From assembly GCA_963924565.1 (NCBI GenBank), contig OZ004611.1, positions 23,808,001-23,872,000 on the forward strand: a stretch of DNA of 64,000 nucleotides, in the 5' to 3' direction. The position numbers were made by a program, and so were the translations under genes. This document shows positions 22,426-34,600 of the stretch, piece by piece (position 1 is the first letter of the stretch; each line of letters opens with the position of its first letter). The notes beneath the pieces were generated by a model. That model ran no database searches. It was given only the letters and a program-made list of their open reading frames with translations, and was not told the DNA's origin. The DNA comes from Ascidiella aspersa (Eukaryota).

Positions 22426-25400
22426 ATGCTTAGCTGTGCGTGTGTTGTTCTGACTTGTCTTTTATCATGTGTATTGGGAGCCAGGACTTGCGTTTCGAAT
22501 CAGCAGGTAATTCATCATATTTACCACTTTGGCAATCTTACTGTTATGTATAGGCCGATAACCGTTGTTGAGGTTATTATTATATCCATAATATTTTGAG
22601 CAAATCATATATCGTTTAGATACGAAATGACGACATTACTATATGGTTACATAAGGAGGGAACAGAAACGTTTAAAGGTATTTTTTGTCCAGGAGGTTAG
22701 ACTAAAATTGATTTTACACCGAGAACACCTTCAGTTGTTAACTTACAACTGTCCAGTACGTAGCATTTTCTTGGTTAACCTATCAAAGGTAAAGTGGCAA
22801 CACTGGGTATCGAACTTTACCTAAAAACTTATCCGTTCGGTATGAATTGGGGAACAGATAGCACCTCGGTATCGGTCGGATACCGATAATTATACTTGAT
22901 GTCACGTATCGGCTGCGATATTACATTATCGGACATCCCTAGTTTACATAAACCAATATTTTCTACGCAATATGGTCTGTCTTTACTTCCCAAAATAAAT
23001 GCTAAAAGTTCGTAAATTAAACCAATTTTGTTTTGCAGGTGGATTTATCCAAGGCGTCTTTGACAATCCGAGACAATCTGTGGACTTACACTTCTCAGTT
23101 ACTTCGCGAAAGTCAAACTTTTCGCCAAAGCCCGATGAAAAACAAGGCGTTCTCCGCCTACGGAATAGCAGATATACTGATGGCAATGATCTTTCTCTCA
23201 GGTCAACATGATAGGTGCGTAAACAACACACCGTCTTCATTTACCTAAATATGTAATGAGTATAGGGCGATTATTTTTTGGCTTGTCAAAAAAAGTCAAA
23301 ATTTTGTCAAAATTTACACGTTAGGTCAAAATTTGTCAGCTTTTTGAAATTGGTAGTTCAGTTTTTTTTTAAAAGTTAGTTTTGATTTATATTCAAAGTC
23401 ATTTTAACCGTATTATATCTTTATTAGAGCAATATACTGTATAAAAAACGTGCGAATAACGACGCCTATGTTATTTAAATAAATGTATTACTAACAGGTC
23501 AACATTTTGTCAAAATAAATTATTTTTATGTCAAAATTTGTTAAAATTTTAACTTTTTAGGTCAAAATTTCTTAATTTTTTGGTCAAAAAATAATCGCCC
23601 TAGTAATGAGTTATCAAAACAAGGCAAATTATTGATTGCAAAAAGAATCGACCCCTGGGAGGAATTAGGAAGGAATGTAAAATACGTAAATTTATTGTTT
23701 AGCAGAAAATATCTCACTAATGCACGGTTGAATAATTAAATATTCTCTTTTGAAATATGATCTACATTTTTTCTGCAACGAAATAAAGCAGTGGTTCTCA
23801 ATCTGGGAGCCGCGGCGCCCTGTTGTAACATTTCTAATGCTTAAGGGCCGATAGGTATTTTATTTTTAATAATCTGTTTTTTGCAATCGGCAAGCTTTTT
23901 AAAACAATTATTTTTGTATGATTAGAAACCTTTGTATCAAATGACATTTTCCTTGTTTTAAGTTGTTGTTTCAGTTTTTAGTGACATTTGCGTAAACTAC
24001 TCACCAAAATTCCAGTCGGGGTGCCGAAAATATTTATTATTTTTTAGGAGTGCCGTACGCCATAAAAGGTTGAGAATGACTGGATTAGAGTATAAACTAT
24101 TACAACTATGTATACCACAAAGACAAACAAGACTTACCCGATTTCGCATTGACCCTTGATCATTTTACATTGACAGTCTACGATTGGCTTCCCACCCCTT
24201 GTTCGCTAATGTGCGTCTGCGACAATTCTCGGGCGCGTTAATTCGGTTGAGGCTTGCCGTTGAAACGCAACGCTGCAAAAAAGACGGAAGTCATCAGCAG
24301 ACAAGCGAAACCCGATTGCCCCTGTCACTCACAGAGGTCTTCAAGCGATCGCCACTAACTAATGTGTTCGACCCGGAGGACCCGGATTCTGAACGCTGGA
24401 ATTGGGACGTCTTGCACACAAATCAACGGTTGGCCGATTCTAAGGTAAATACCGTATAGTCTTAAAGTGTTAATCCAGTGTGTTTGGAATTGAAGAAAAC
24501 GCGCCGTGACTGCTGTTGAGATAAAGTCGACGTCTGTAAAAATGGACTAAAATGTGTAACGTTGTTATATAGCAAATCTGAAACATGATAATGAATGTTA
24601 AAGCCAAAAAGGTCGAGTAGGTTGAAATCAACTTGATTAAGACGTTTCGATACGGACTTGTGTCATTTTCAGTTAATGTGACCAAGAAGTAAATCAAAGC
24701 ATCTCTTATAAAAGGTGGGGCGCAATTTTTTTAACTGATGATGCTAAAAGTTCGTACTGAAACGTCTTAATCAAGTTGATGTCGATCTACTCGAGCTTGT
24801 TGGCTTTGCAAGTCATTATCAAGATACATTGCAGATTCGTGCATTATATAGATGCATAAACATATGCTTTGTTTCAGGGGCAGGGTGGCACCAACCTTAA
24901 CGCTATGCTGTCCGGTGGAAAACACACAGATGTCTATCGGATTCTGCGAGAGAACACCCAGGGCCCCAGAGAAAGCCTGGTGCTGATGAATGTAGCCAAC
25001 CTGCGAGCCTACTGGAAAGTTTCGTTCGCGAAAACCGATGCAATGTTGGCCTTCCAAGGGTTTCGAGAAAAAGCTACCAAAGTATGTGTTACATAAGCTC
25101 TACAGAGGCTTTTCGTTGCGTTATAGCGTAAACTTATAGCACAATGTCATATAATACAACGTAAAGGGTCAAATGTGTCTATTGAAAAATTGAGAGATTT
25201 AAAAAAGGCAAACACCTACGGTCAAAGACTTTTAATATTAGAGAAAATATTGCGCAAAAAAAGAGATGCCTAGTAATTTTCACAGGCTAGGATTAAAAAT
25301 AACTCAATTCTGTAGGCTTTATAGTTTAGCTGGAAAAAAGTCTGATTTCTGGTAACTGTAACACGAAAGGTTGCTGTCAAAAATGCTAAGAAAAGCTACC

Positions 25401-27595
25401 TTTCAGCTGTTTTTATATCTCTTTAGGTAGAAGCTATGTATGCATCCGGGCTTTTTCGTTATCGACTAAACAACAAGGATTCCGTAAAATTGTACGCGAC
25501 CGAGTTCCCAGACCTACTTGAAATTCCGTTAATGTAAGTGAATCAATTTATATTTAACTTAATCCAGATTTAAGCAATTTCAAAGCTTATAGTTGATATC
25601 TATAGACTTTTCGTCGAGTCCTAGTTATTTAGTTAGGCAAATCAACAACAACATTTTCGTCACTGTATCCCATATTGACAGATCTGTTTTAAATTTAATC
25701 AATGACTTAAATGCAGTTCAGTCAATGCTTTTCAATGGACTTGACTTGACTTCAGCATTTTTGGTAAAGTGTGCAAAACAACCTTATACTTGATCAGTTT
25801 TTTTGTTTTTTTTGTTGTTAAAATTCGAACGTTTGTTCACTTTTTGGCGTAAAATGTGTTTTGTTAGGTGGTTTTTACGTGAAATAGTTGAGATGGAACG
25901 AGTTTTTTGGGGGGAGTTTAACGCGCTGAATTTTAATGCAATTAAAGTTCAAGTTGACTTGGCTTGAAACGGACTTGGACTTTAATTGTATTAAAAAAAA
26001 GGAAAACAGCTCCACTTTGTACTTTGTACTTTATTTATTGTGCACAAGATTGGACCCAAACTCATTTCAAATGTCTTGTTTACAATTACAATGCATATTA
26101 ATTGATGTATCTATACCAAAATATTGCAAAGGTGTATAGCGTGGTTTTAAATCTTTGGAATGACGCAGTAAAAGTTTAGAATCATATGTTCTATTAAATA
26201 TTTTTTTTCATATATATCTAATCTTTCTTAAAGCCGGTGATGCTTTTCATTTATAATTTAGGGCATTACCTGAGTACATATCATTTAACGTCAAATTTGA
26301 CCTTTTACAAAATTTACATAAAACTGTGTATTACTCAACTTCAGTGCACAGTCTGGTGAAGAGTTTCGTCTAACAATTTTTCAATCAACCAAGACTTTAT
26401 CTGTCATTGCAATTCAAAATCAATTTGCAAACAATTGCAAACGTTGGAAGAAAACGTTAGGCGGTAGACCTTTGCGGAAGGCATCTATTATGATGCCCAC
26501 CATAAATGTAAGTGCATATAGGCTGATACACATAAATTTTAGTGTTTTAGCACAATTGGCGTTAATATAACAGTTTGGCAATAGTGTCAAATTTTATTTT
26601 TTTGCGCAACGTGATTTACGCCTATGTCGTTTTACCCAGAGTTATAAACAAGCAATTAATAGATGTAACGTTTTTTAAAAAATAGGCAAATTAATCTCTT
26701 TCCAGAAGTTGCACCTCAAATGCGGGCATTGACTTTCAACTGTAAACCTAAAAAACACCCAAATGTCGGAAAAAATACAGGAATAAATATTTTTTTACAA
26801 AACTATTCATTAATATTTCTAAATTGAACAAAATAATTATTTGCTGAAATGGATAAGAGTTTCAAGTCAAGACGTTAAACGAAGGACCTTGTTGGACTAA
26901 TAAAGCCACTCTACCCTAAATAAATAATGTTAACTGTAATATCAAGTGGTATAGTGTTTGTTAGACATGGTCCTATCTTTGCCGTTAAAATGCCATGCTT
27001 TTCACTTGCAGTCTATGCAACAGACTTTTAGGCAGGTTTAGAAAAAAGTTTGCCTTGTTTGATCGATGTGTTTCGATGTTTACAGATCACAAGTATGGTT
27101 GACTTTAGCAAGACAATGTTAAGTAAAAGCATACCCACGCACATAAAAACAAACTACGACGACCCTTACTCCCCACCACATGTTTTATCGGCAACAACAG
27201 AAGTAAAGCACAACATCACTAGACGTGAGACCAAGTTTATATAGTTGTACCGTGCTGGCATACTTATCTGATGATGTTTTGTAGTTTCGCTTAAAAGTTT
27301 GAAAATCAAGATATAGTGAAATGATATCGTGCCTTTCATTTTAGATTTAGATAAACAGATCATTTTAATTTAAGAATATTCACAGTGTTATCGGTCTCTC
27401 AAATCACCATCGATGAGAACGGCATTTCAACAGACATGTCGCCACAACCAACGCCTTTGAGAACCTTCTCGAAAGAAACGTCGGGTCTGGTCGTTAAAAT
27501 AAACACTCCGTTTGTTTTATTCGATCGAACACGTGCCGTCCAGCACTTTGGTTAGTGCCGGACGAGTTGCTACGACGGGATCACAAGTCGGATAA
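22426..27595 (+). CDS. Divergent secreted serpin-family protein (probably non-inhibitory); 1-nt frameshift in the last exon
   Basis: Exons 22426-22506, 23039-23214, 24177-24444, 24878-25081, 25427-25533, 26345-26507, 27086-27224, 27386-27555 (or to 27595 if the frameshift is corrected). Signal peptide MLSCACVVLTCLLSCVLG. Serpin motifs NKAFSAYGIADILMAM, LVLMNVANLRAYWKVSF, VEAM, LLEIPL, SIMMPTINI, ITIDENG, KINTPFV, and in the shifted frame SIEHVPSSTLVSAGRV. Confidence 0.75.
23263..23602. mobile_element. MITE with GTCAAAA subrepeats
   Basis: TIRs TAGGGCGATTATTTTTTG / CAAAAAATAATCGCCCTA. GTAATGAG is repeated on both flanks. Confidence 0.75.
23789..24082. mobile_element. hAT-like MITE
   Basis: Termini CAGTGGTTCTCAATCT / AGGTTGAGAATGACTG. 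Confidence 0.6.
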
Positions 27596-27768
27596 ATTTA
27601 AGGAAACATCCACACACTTATATGTATATTTACAACTGTGATCTGGCCTTCTGAAGCTGCTTTTCGACCAACGATTACGGCTTACGTATAAATACACCGA
27701 AAGGCATCGTAGACTCCCCGAATCTGTCGATCAATGATGTAAGCAAGGCAAACTAGAAAAACAATTAT

Positions 27769-27843
27769 AGCCTGCAGTGAGGTTCGAACTCACGACCTCC
27801 GGTCGTACCAGGACCGTCGCTCTACCCACTGAGCTACACAGGC
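27769..27843 (-). tRNA. tRNA-like gene, anticodon GGT (Thr), 75 nt with lengthened anticodon arm; tRNA, pseudo-tRNA or SINE head
   Basis: GCCTGTG TA GCTC AGTGGGTA GAGC GA CGGTC CTGGTAC GACCG GAGGTC GTGAG TTCGAAC CTCAC TGCAGGC T. All four stems pair, the A and B boxes are intact, and a T5 Pol III terminator follows within about 10 nt. Confidence 0.65.
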
Positions 27844-29552
27844 TAAGTATATTAAACGTTGACATTGTCGATATCGCATAGGACTCCAACCATAAGACCA
27901 AGATAAGAACAACACCAACGTCAAAATAAAACACAATTCGCAAAAAGGCCAAAATAGGACTAATGCCTAATGGTATTTCTATCGTCTAAATCGGAATAAG
28001 TCCCAAATCCGTCGGAATAAGACCTAAAAGGTTAAAATCAGGCCTAATATACACTTTAACTAACCCCAAACCCCACCCCTAGCGTTATGTGAATCAGACG
28101 GGCCTCGGATATTTTTGGCACTTAAAAACGTGTTTAATTACATTTACATAGGCAGTAAAGTGTCAACGCAAATCGCGGAAAAAAGCATTTGTTTGGTTAA
28201 AAATTCGGCCAAGATATCTAAGTAATTTGTCGTCTAATGTGTTGCAAAACGTTTAAGCGTAACTTTAAAACGAGAAGTGTTGATTTTGTTTATTTAAGTT
28301 TGATTTTTCAAATCCAAACAGCCTATAAACGTAAGGCGTAACTAGAAAAAAACAAACGTATAGCCTATGTTTAAAATTTCTGACAATTTTTATTTTGCGC
28401 TCAGCGTAATAACTTAATTGCGCTTGTTTGAATAAATAAACAAAAGCAAACGTGTATACTGCGCCTATTGCTTGGCATCAGCCGTTAAATGTGTGATATT
28501 TCGTACAAATAAATAACAGAGACACCTAAAAACAGCAGTTTATCGCTTTGTACACGTCTGAAATCATGCAAAGAAATTGTGATAAACCTTTACCTTACTA
28601 AATGTCTTCAATTTAAACAAAAAGTCGTTTGATGTAAAGAATAAATGATACTTGGAACAAACCTTTTCGAACTCGTTCACACTTTTAAGTGACGCAATAC
28701 TTTTTTTTGGACAACGGAAAACCAAAACTGATAGCTGAGACCATTTTGAGTTGGCTCTCGTCTGCTACAAAAAAAAAATTAGCGGCTTATATTCCTGCAA
28801 TTCAATTTCACAAGTTTGCGTGTTGATTACACTAAAATACTATGCAGTTATGCAAAAAATCTTTTACAAGTCTAGTCCTAGGTTAAAGTTTCACCAGTTA
28901 ATACTTACTAAAAGCGAGGATATTCCTTAATACGATAAAAACTTATTACAAATTTTAGTCAATAGCCAAGAGTTTCTGAAGTCAATAATAAGGTTTGACA
29001 CGAAACACAAAAAGTGCACTTGGTGGTTTTTTAACTTATATTGCGGAAGACATAAATATTTACTTTATAACCTGCAAAAAGCCTCTTTCTTAAAACTATA
29101 GATAGGCCTGTGAAGCCAAAAAGTTGTAAGAATATAAAGATGTTACGGAGTAACCTAAAATTTACCAAAGTGAACTCTACGCAGCTCTTTCCGTTGAACC
29201 GATTTTACAACATAGGCTAGTGATTTATATACCGCATTTTCTCAATGAATATCTAAATTTTATTCAAGTCGAAAAGTGCTCGAATAACGAAAAATAATTT
29301 CTTGTTTACAAAACAAACAGCCTTTGGATGCCCATTTGAGTTGCTAAACTCATAGAAACCACAGATGATAACTTTGTGCTTCCTGTATTGTTTGTATACA
29401 TTTTTCTCAGAGAAAAAAATTTCACACTTTCGCCCACAAAAAAATATAAAAATACCCATAAAAGGTTTCTCTGTTGAGTTGTAAATAAATTATATGTCGT
29501 TGGTCTGTCTTGTTTATTGGAAGGGTGTAATGTAGCATTTATTAATGTACAA

Positions 29553-30482
29553 CAGGGGTCGGCAACCTTTTTCTAGTCGCGGGCTAAAACCAAACTCAGA
29601 AGGGTCTCTGCGGAACGAAGAATTATGTTATTAAAATGTTGGAACAACTGTAAATCAGGCGGGCTTCGGAGATGTTTTCATTAAAACTAATTTGCCTCGA
29701 CCAATCAACCTCGCTATTGCTTCAATAAGCATTGCTGTAGTCTGATTACAAATCCACACAGTTTTTGTTGGCTATTATGGGCAAGCCGGCAAATGCCGGC
29801 AAGCACAACCACTCACTGTATTGTCTAGACAAGACTGGTTATATATTGATATAAGATTCGCATATATAAGTTGAAAGTTTGCATAAAAGAGGAAAGGCAA
29901 CACCAAAAAGCGGAAATGATTTATAACCCGGAGCCTTTTTGGCAGCCGGGAACTTTAACAATAACGCGTTCACACAAGTGAAATACTTTTATCTGTTACG
30001 GAAGTATGTGTCACGATATAACATTTATCATGTGTGAAACAGCCAAATGCTTTGTTCTCAGAATGACAGCGAGTGTTTGGAAAAAGGCGTGAAAAAAAGT
30101 GACAAATCATAAATCGTAACATATTTGATAAATACACAATACAATAAATTTCAAATTATCCACTAATTATTACTTATGACGCTACAAATGTATGTCCAAA
30201 TTTTTTTAATACGTTTTCCGCTTGTACGCGACGCACTTTGGCACTTGGCAGTCAATCTTCCAAAGTGCAAGAAGCGCTAATCTAGTTCAAATGACAGCAT
30301 CATAACGTAAACAAACCTGATGTATAAAGATCGTTAACGCAAAGCGCGAAATATTTCGCACTTTGAAATAGTCAAAAAGTATGAGAAATGGACTCGTGTC
30401 TAGTTTGTCAAAGAGGCTGCAGGTCGGATAAATTACATTGCGGGCCGGATCCGGCCCGCGGGTCGTAGGTTGTCGAACAAGG
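29553..30482. mobile_element. hAT-like non-autonomous element
   Basis: Left TIR CAGGGGTCGGCAACC. Right end GCGGGCCGGATCCGGCCCGCGGG...GGTTGTCGA. Homologous to 33068-33653; a related fragment lies at about 28090-28210. Confidence 0.65.
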
Positions 30483-31106
30483 CCGTACAGCGTATATGTG
30501 TAACTTTTTTAATTTCTTGTCATATCGCCACGGACCACCTGAGCAGTCGTCGCGGACCACAGTTTGGGAAACCCTGCATTACACAATTTAACGTCATTAC
30601 GCACGTGACCGATGTCCACTGAGGTGTGACTAGACCCACACGGACTGTTTTGGTATTGAGTTTCGCGCTAGTTTATTGCAAGGGATAATATAACATTAGA
30701 AATAATCTTAAACTATTTTTTAATAAGCTAAACGTTGAATATAGCTTAAGGAACCTCTTGCTTTATGAAAATAGTATTAAGCTACTAACTGAGTTTGTAA
30801 TAAAACTCTGGCCGCAGATTGTGACTAATCGAATACCATGATTTATTTTTTTTTCTTCTTCAGTTTAGACTGAAGGTTGGTTTTCAGCTAGGTGCAAAAT
30901 TGACCCGGTTGGTTGTCTATTACACCAAATAAACCCAAACAAACATTCTACTCGATACGGCTTAAAGACTAGCAACATTACTGTGTTCTTTGTCGTGTTA
31001 TTACACTTGTGAACGAGCAAAATATACTGAGTGAAGTAACTCTGTCTAGAGTTCAATACGTTAAGTACAGGTATTTTAGCGGACTGCTCTTTGAATCCAG
31101 TATTGA

Positions 31107-31323
31107 CAAGGAATGGGCAGCCGTCGGCAACAGGACTCAAAACCAAAACGTGCACATATCGCAAGTGCACATTGTGCGCACAGTGTACACGTTTTGGTTC
31201 GTGCACATATGATAAGTCCACATTGTGCACCTTCGAATGCTGTGCACATATAACAAGTGCACATGTGCGCACAAAGTTGAACATTTTGGTTTTGAGCCTG
31301 TCTCGCCGTTGGCTCTCGCCTTG
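31107..31323. mobile_element. Foldback MITE with GTGCAC/GTGCGCAC internal repeats (5' UTR intron of the MS4A-like gene)
   Basis: AGCCGTCGGCAACAGGACTCAAAACCAAAA pairs with TTTTGGTTTTGAGCCTGTCTCGCCGTTGGCT. The interior is repeated TGCACA(T) units. Confidence 0.7.
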
Positions 31324-31604
31324 AGAGCCCCGTCTGAAAAATATGTCAGATCTCGCGGGTGCATGGCCAAAAAAATCATTGTGACCGGGTGTAACAAAGG
31401 TTCAACATATGGCAAAAAAAACATACCCATTTCTTAATCGCTAAAATTGCAAACTAGCCATCTACACTCAACAAATTGTAATACATCATGCCAGTAAATT
31501 AATTATTAATCTTATTTTATTCAGCTTTGTACTGTGCCTTATTACAATATATCAAAAAATATTAATACCTAGACTTAATAGAAGAAATAAATATACCTTA
31601 GAAG

Positions 31605-34600
31605 ATGGCTAATGTCGTTGTCACTTCTGCACCCCCTGTGGTTGCTCCATCAACCCCTTATGTCCATCCAGCACAAAAGCATGCAAAGACATTCAAGTTA
31701 CTTGGGGTATACTAGATGTCTTCTACTATATGTTTGTATATCTGTATTTATATATATATGTGTGTGTGTATACTCTACAATCCTTCTCTGTAATTGTTTA
31801 GCTTTTTTATAAGTTTTTTATTCAATGAGCTTTTAGGATTAAGTACAGACTTGGAATAAGAAAGTCACTGTTTTAGATGGTAAAATAGGCATACTGATAT
31901 TCAGTTTCTAAGTTTTGTTCATTGTTTGATCTTAATCACTTAATGTGCTAACAGAATCATTTTATTTTGAACAATTTTAAATCAGGTAGATTATTATATT
32001 GTAAAAAAAATTTCACGATTAAAATTGTTTGTTATGTCGGTCATTATACCCACAAGTTATTAGCTGCTTTATTCTGCACTTCCGTTAATTTCTATTAGAC
32101 CAAAAAATTAAAATAACACTATTCTTTGAACATTGATTGAAAACAATGCATAACCTCATAAACACCATAGGTTCACTGAAACAATGCAATAAATATAATG
32201 AAAACATAATTCTGACCTGATGAAGCACAGTTGTGCAACAGCTCGTCAACGGCTAAATTCAATATATATGTCAACTGTACCACTTGTTTTTGTATTTTTG
32301 ATAGGACAATACGGCTATCAAACAAGATAAATAGAATGGTTAGCAAGGTTGTGTTTTTTAGCTCCTTTGATATTGTTTAATTTCTCCTTCATACATTTTT
32401 TTTCTTCTAAATTTTTCCTTGAACAAATAATTCATGCCAACCCTCAGACAACCCCTTGTGTGTCCCTTTGAGGGTCGCAAGCTTCAGATTAGGAACCACT
32501 GATATAGGTGGAAAAAAATTATGTGCAAACCATAATTAACTGTAATAATTTTATTTAAAGATAATTCAAGTTGTGGTCGGAGCTCTTTCTATTATCTTTG
32601 CATCTGTAGCGATGGGTGTACAGGGTACATACTATAGTGGTTTCTATGGCTACTACTACTACAGCTCCACCAGTTTGACCTTTGTGGCTGCAGGAATTTG
32701 GTGTGGAGTTTTAGTAAGTCTTTAATTAGTTTAAATGGTGACTTTAGTGTCTTTCAATGTAATGTTGAGCAATAAAAATTGATATTTTTGTTTTTGTTTC
32801 AGGCAATCATTGCTGGAGTCCTTGGTATTGCATGTGGTAAGACTGTTGACAGTTGCAAGGTAATTTTTGGTAAAAATTGTGTAGAAATACAGATTTTTTG
32901 TGTGTCACATTAACACAAATTAATTTCTTAAGATATGTCATGATAAATGGCACACCAGGTTAAACTTAGCAGTTAATCTGCTTCTTATCAGAACTGTTAT
33001 CAAGTTGTATGGTATTTTAGTACTATTTCAATAAAGCATAGAAGAAAGTGGGACCTATCATTTAAAGAAAGCAGGGCAACCTTTTTCTAGTCGCGTGCCA
33101 AAACCAAACTCAGAAAGATCTCCGCGGGCCGCACAAAACGATAACTAAGAATTGTGTCATTTTCATGTTAGAACAACTGTGAATCAGTTGGGCCTCGCCC
33201 TCGTATCGTTTTTTTTGCACTTAAAAATGTGTTTAATTACATTTAAGGATGTAGTAAAGTTAACGCAAAGCGCGAAAAAAAGCGTTTGTTTGGTTTAAAA
33301 TTTAAGTTCACACATCGTCATCAATACTCCTAATGAAAAGTGTAATAAAACTAATTTGAGGAATCGCGATAACATTCAAAGTTAATCTGGCTCAGTGTTT
33401 GTTAACCTTTTTAAGTCCAGGCACATCTGGAGAGCGAATGTAGCGCGATTTTTTTTGCTATACCTGCATTTCTTGCAAGTTTTAATTACATAAAAATAAA
33501 TGCACTTGGTGGCCTTTCACGGAGCATTGGTAATTAGAAGCGCTGATCTAGGTGAAAAGACAGCATCATAACGTAAACAAACTGGACGGACAAAGATGAT
33601 TTAAGTAGTTAAAATAGTCAAAAAGGCAGGATGAATCAGGTTGCCGACCCCTGATTTAAAGCCTTGGTTTGTCTATGTATTTTAAAATATCTGATTGTGT
33701 AAAAAGTAATATGAAGTCCTATGGGTTTGAATCCAAAACTCGATTTAAAATCTGCCGTTATGTATATAAAGTCATCACAAGATTGCTACAAAGTCTTTTG
33801 AGTCTTTCAAATGGTTTTTGTGTAGTGATAAGTCTTTGAAAATCCCTATATTTTTATAAAGTGTCTTTAAATAGTCAAAGCTTACTTAATATGTCTCTAC
33901 AAGTTATGTGTTCAGTAAGACTAGTTGAAAAACAATTTTTTAATGTTTTCTTTTAATACTAACCAAGGCATTTATACTGTTTTATTTTCAAATTTTATCA
34001 AAAAAGGTCAAACAAACTAATTTTAGGTCTCAAAAGGCTATATATAAATTTTCTGTGATAAATGTCTTTGAGTTTTTTTTATTTAACTGTGTGGCAACTC
34101 TGAGCATTATTTTATTTGTACTTTATAATTTGTAGATATGAATCTTTACTTTAAGGGGCATTTTATTTGTACCAACTTTAAATGCTGTTGAACCTATATT
34201 GTTTTAACTTTGTTTAGATTACTGCTTCGGTAATCATGACTGTTTTCGCCGCCATTGCTGCCGGTTTGATGTTCTCCATTGAAACACCAGCTGCTGTTTA
34301 TTCACAATACGGAAATGTAAATATGCTGCCATTATACTTAATGTTAATACTCTAAATATATAAAACACTGATTCTCAAACTTTTTCTGCTTGCAGCGCAC
34401 TATTAAAGGTAAAAAATAGGGCACAATTTCTATTGTTTTGTAACAAGTCAAAACATTTATAGCTTTACCTTTACTACATAACAAGCCAAATTCTGTTATA
34501 TTTTTGTTTCATAGTGTGCGTTTAAGTCTTTGCTTGTCTGCATGTCTATTTATAAACATTTTTTTTTTATATGCAAAGTTATGTGGCTCGCTTTCTTCAG

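Noticed and set aside
30865-31437. Cluster of overlapping Cys/His-rich ORFs on both strands (metallothionein- or zinc-finger-looking)
   Set aside because: They arise from translating the GTGCAC-rich foldback repeat, have no splice support, and lie in a UTR intron.
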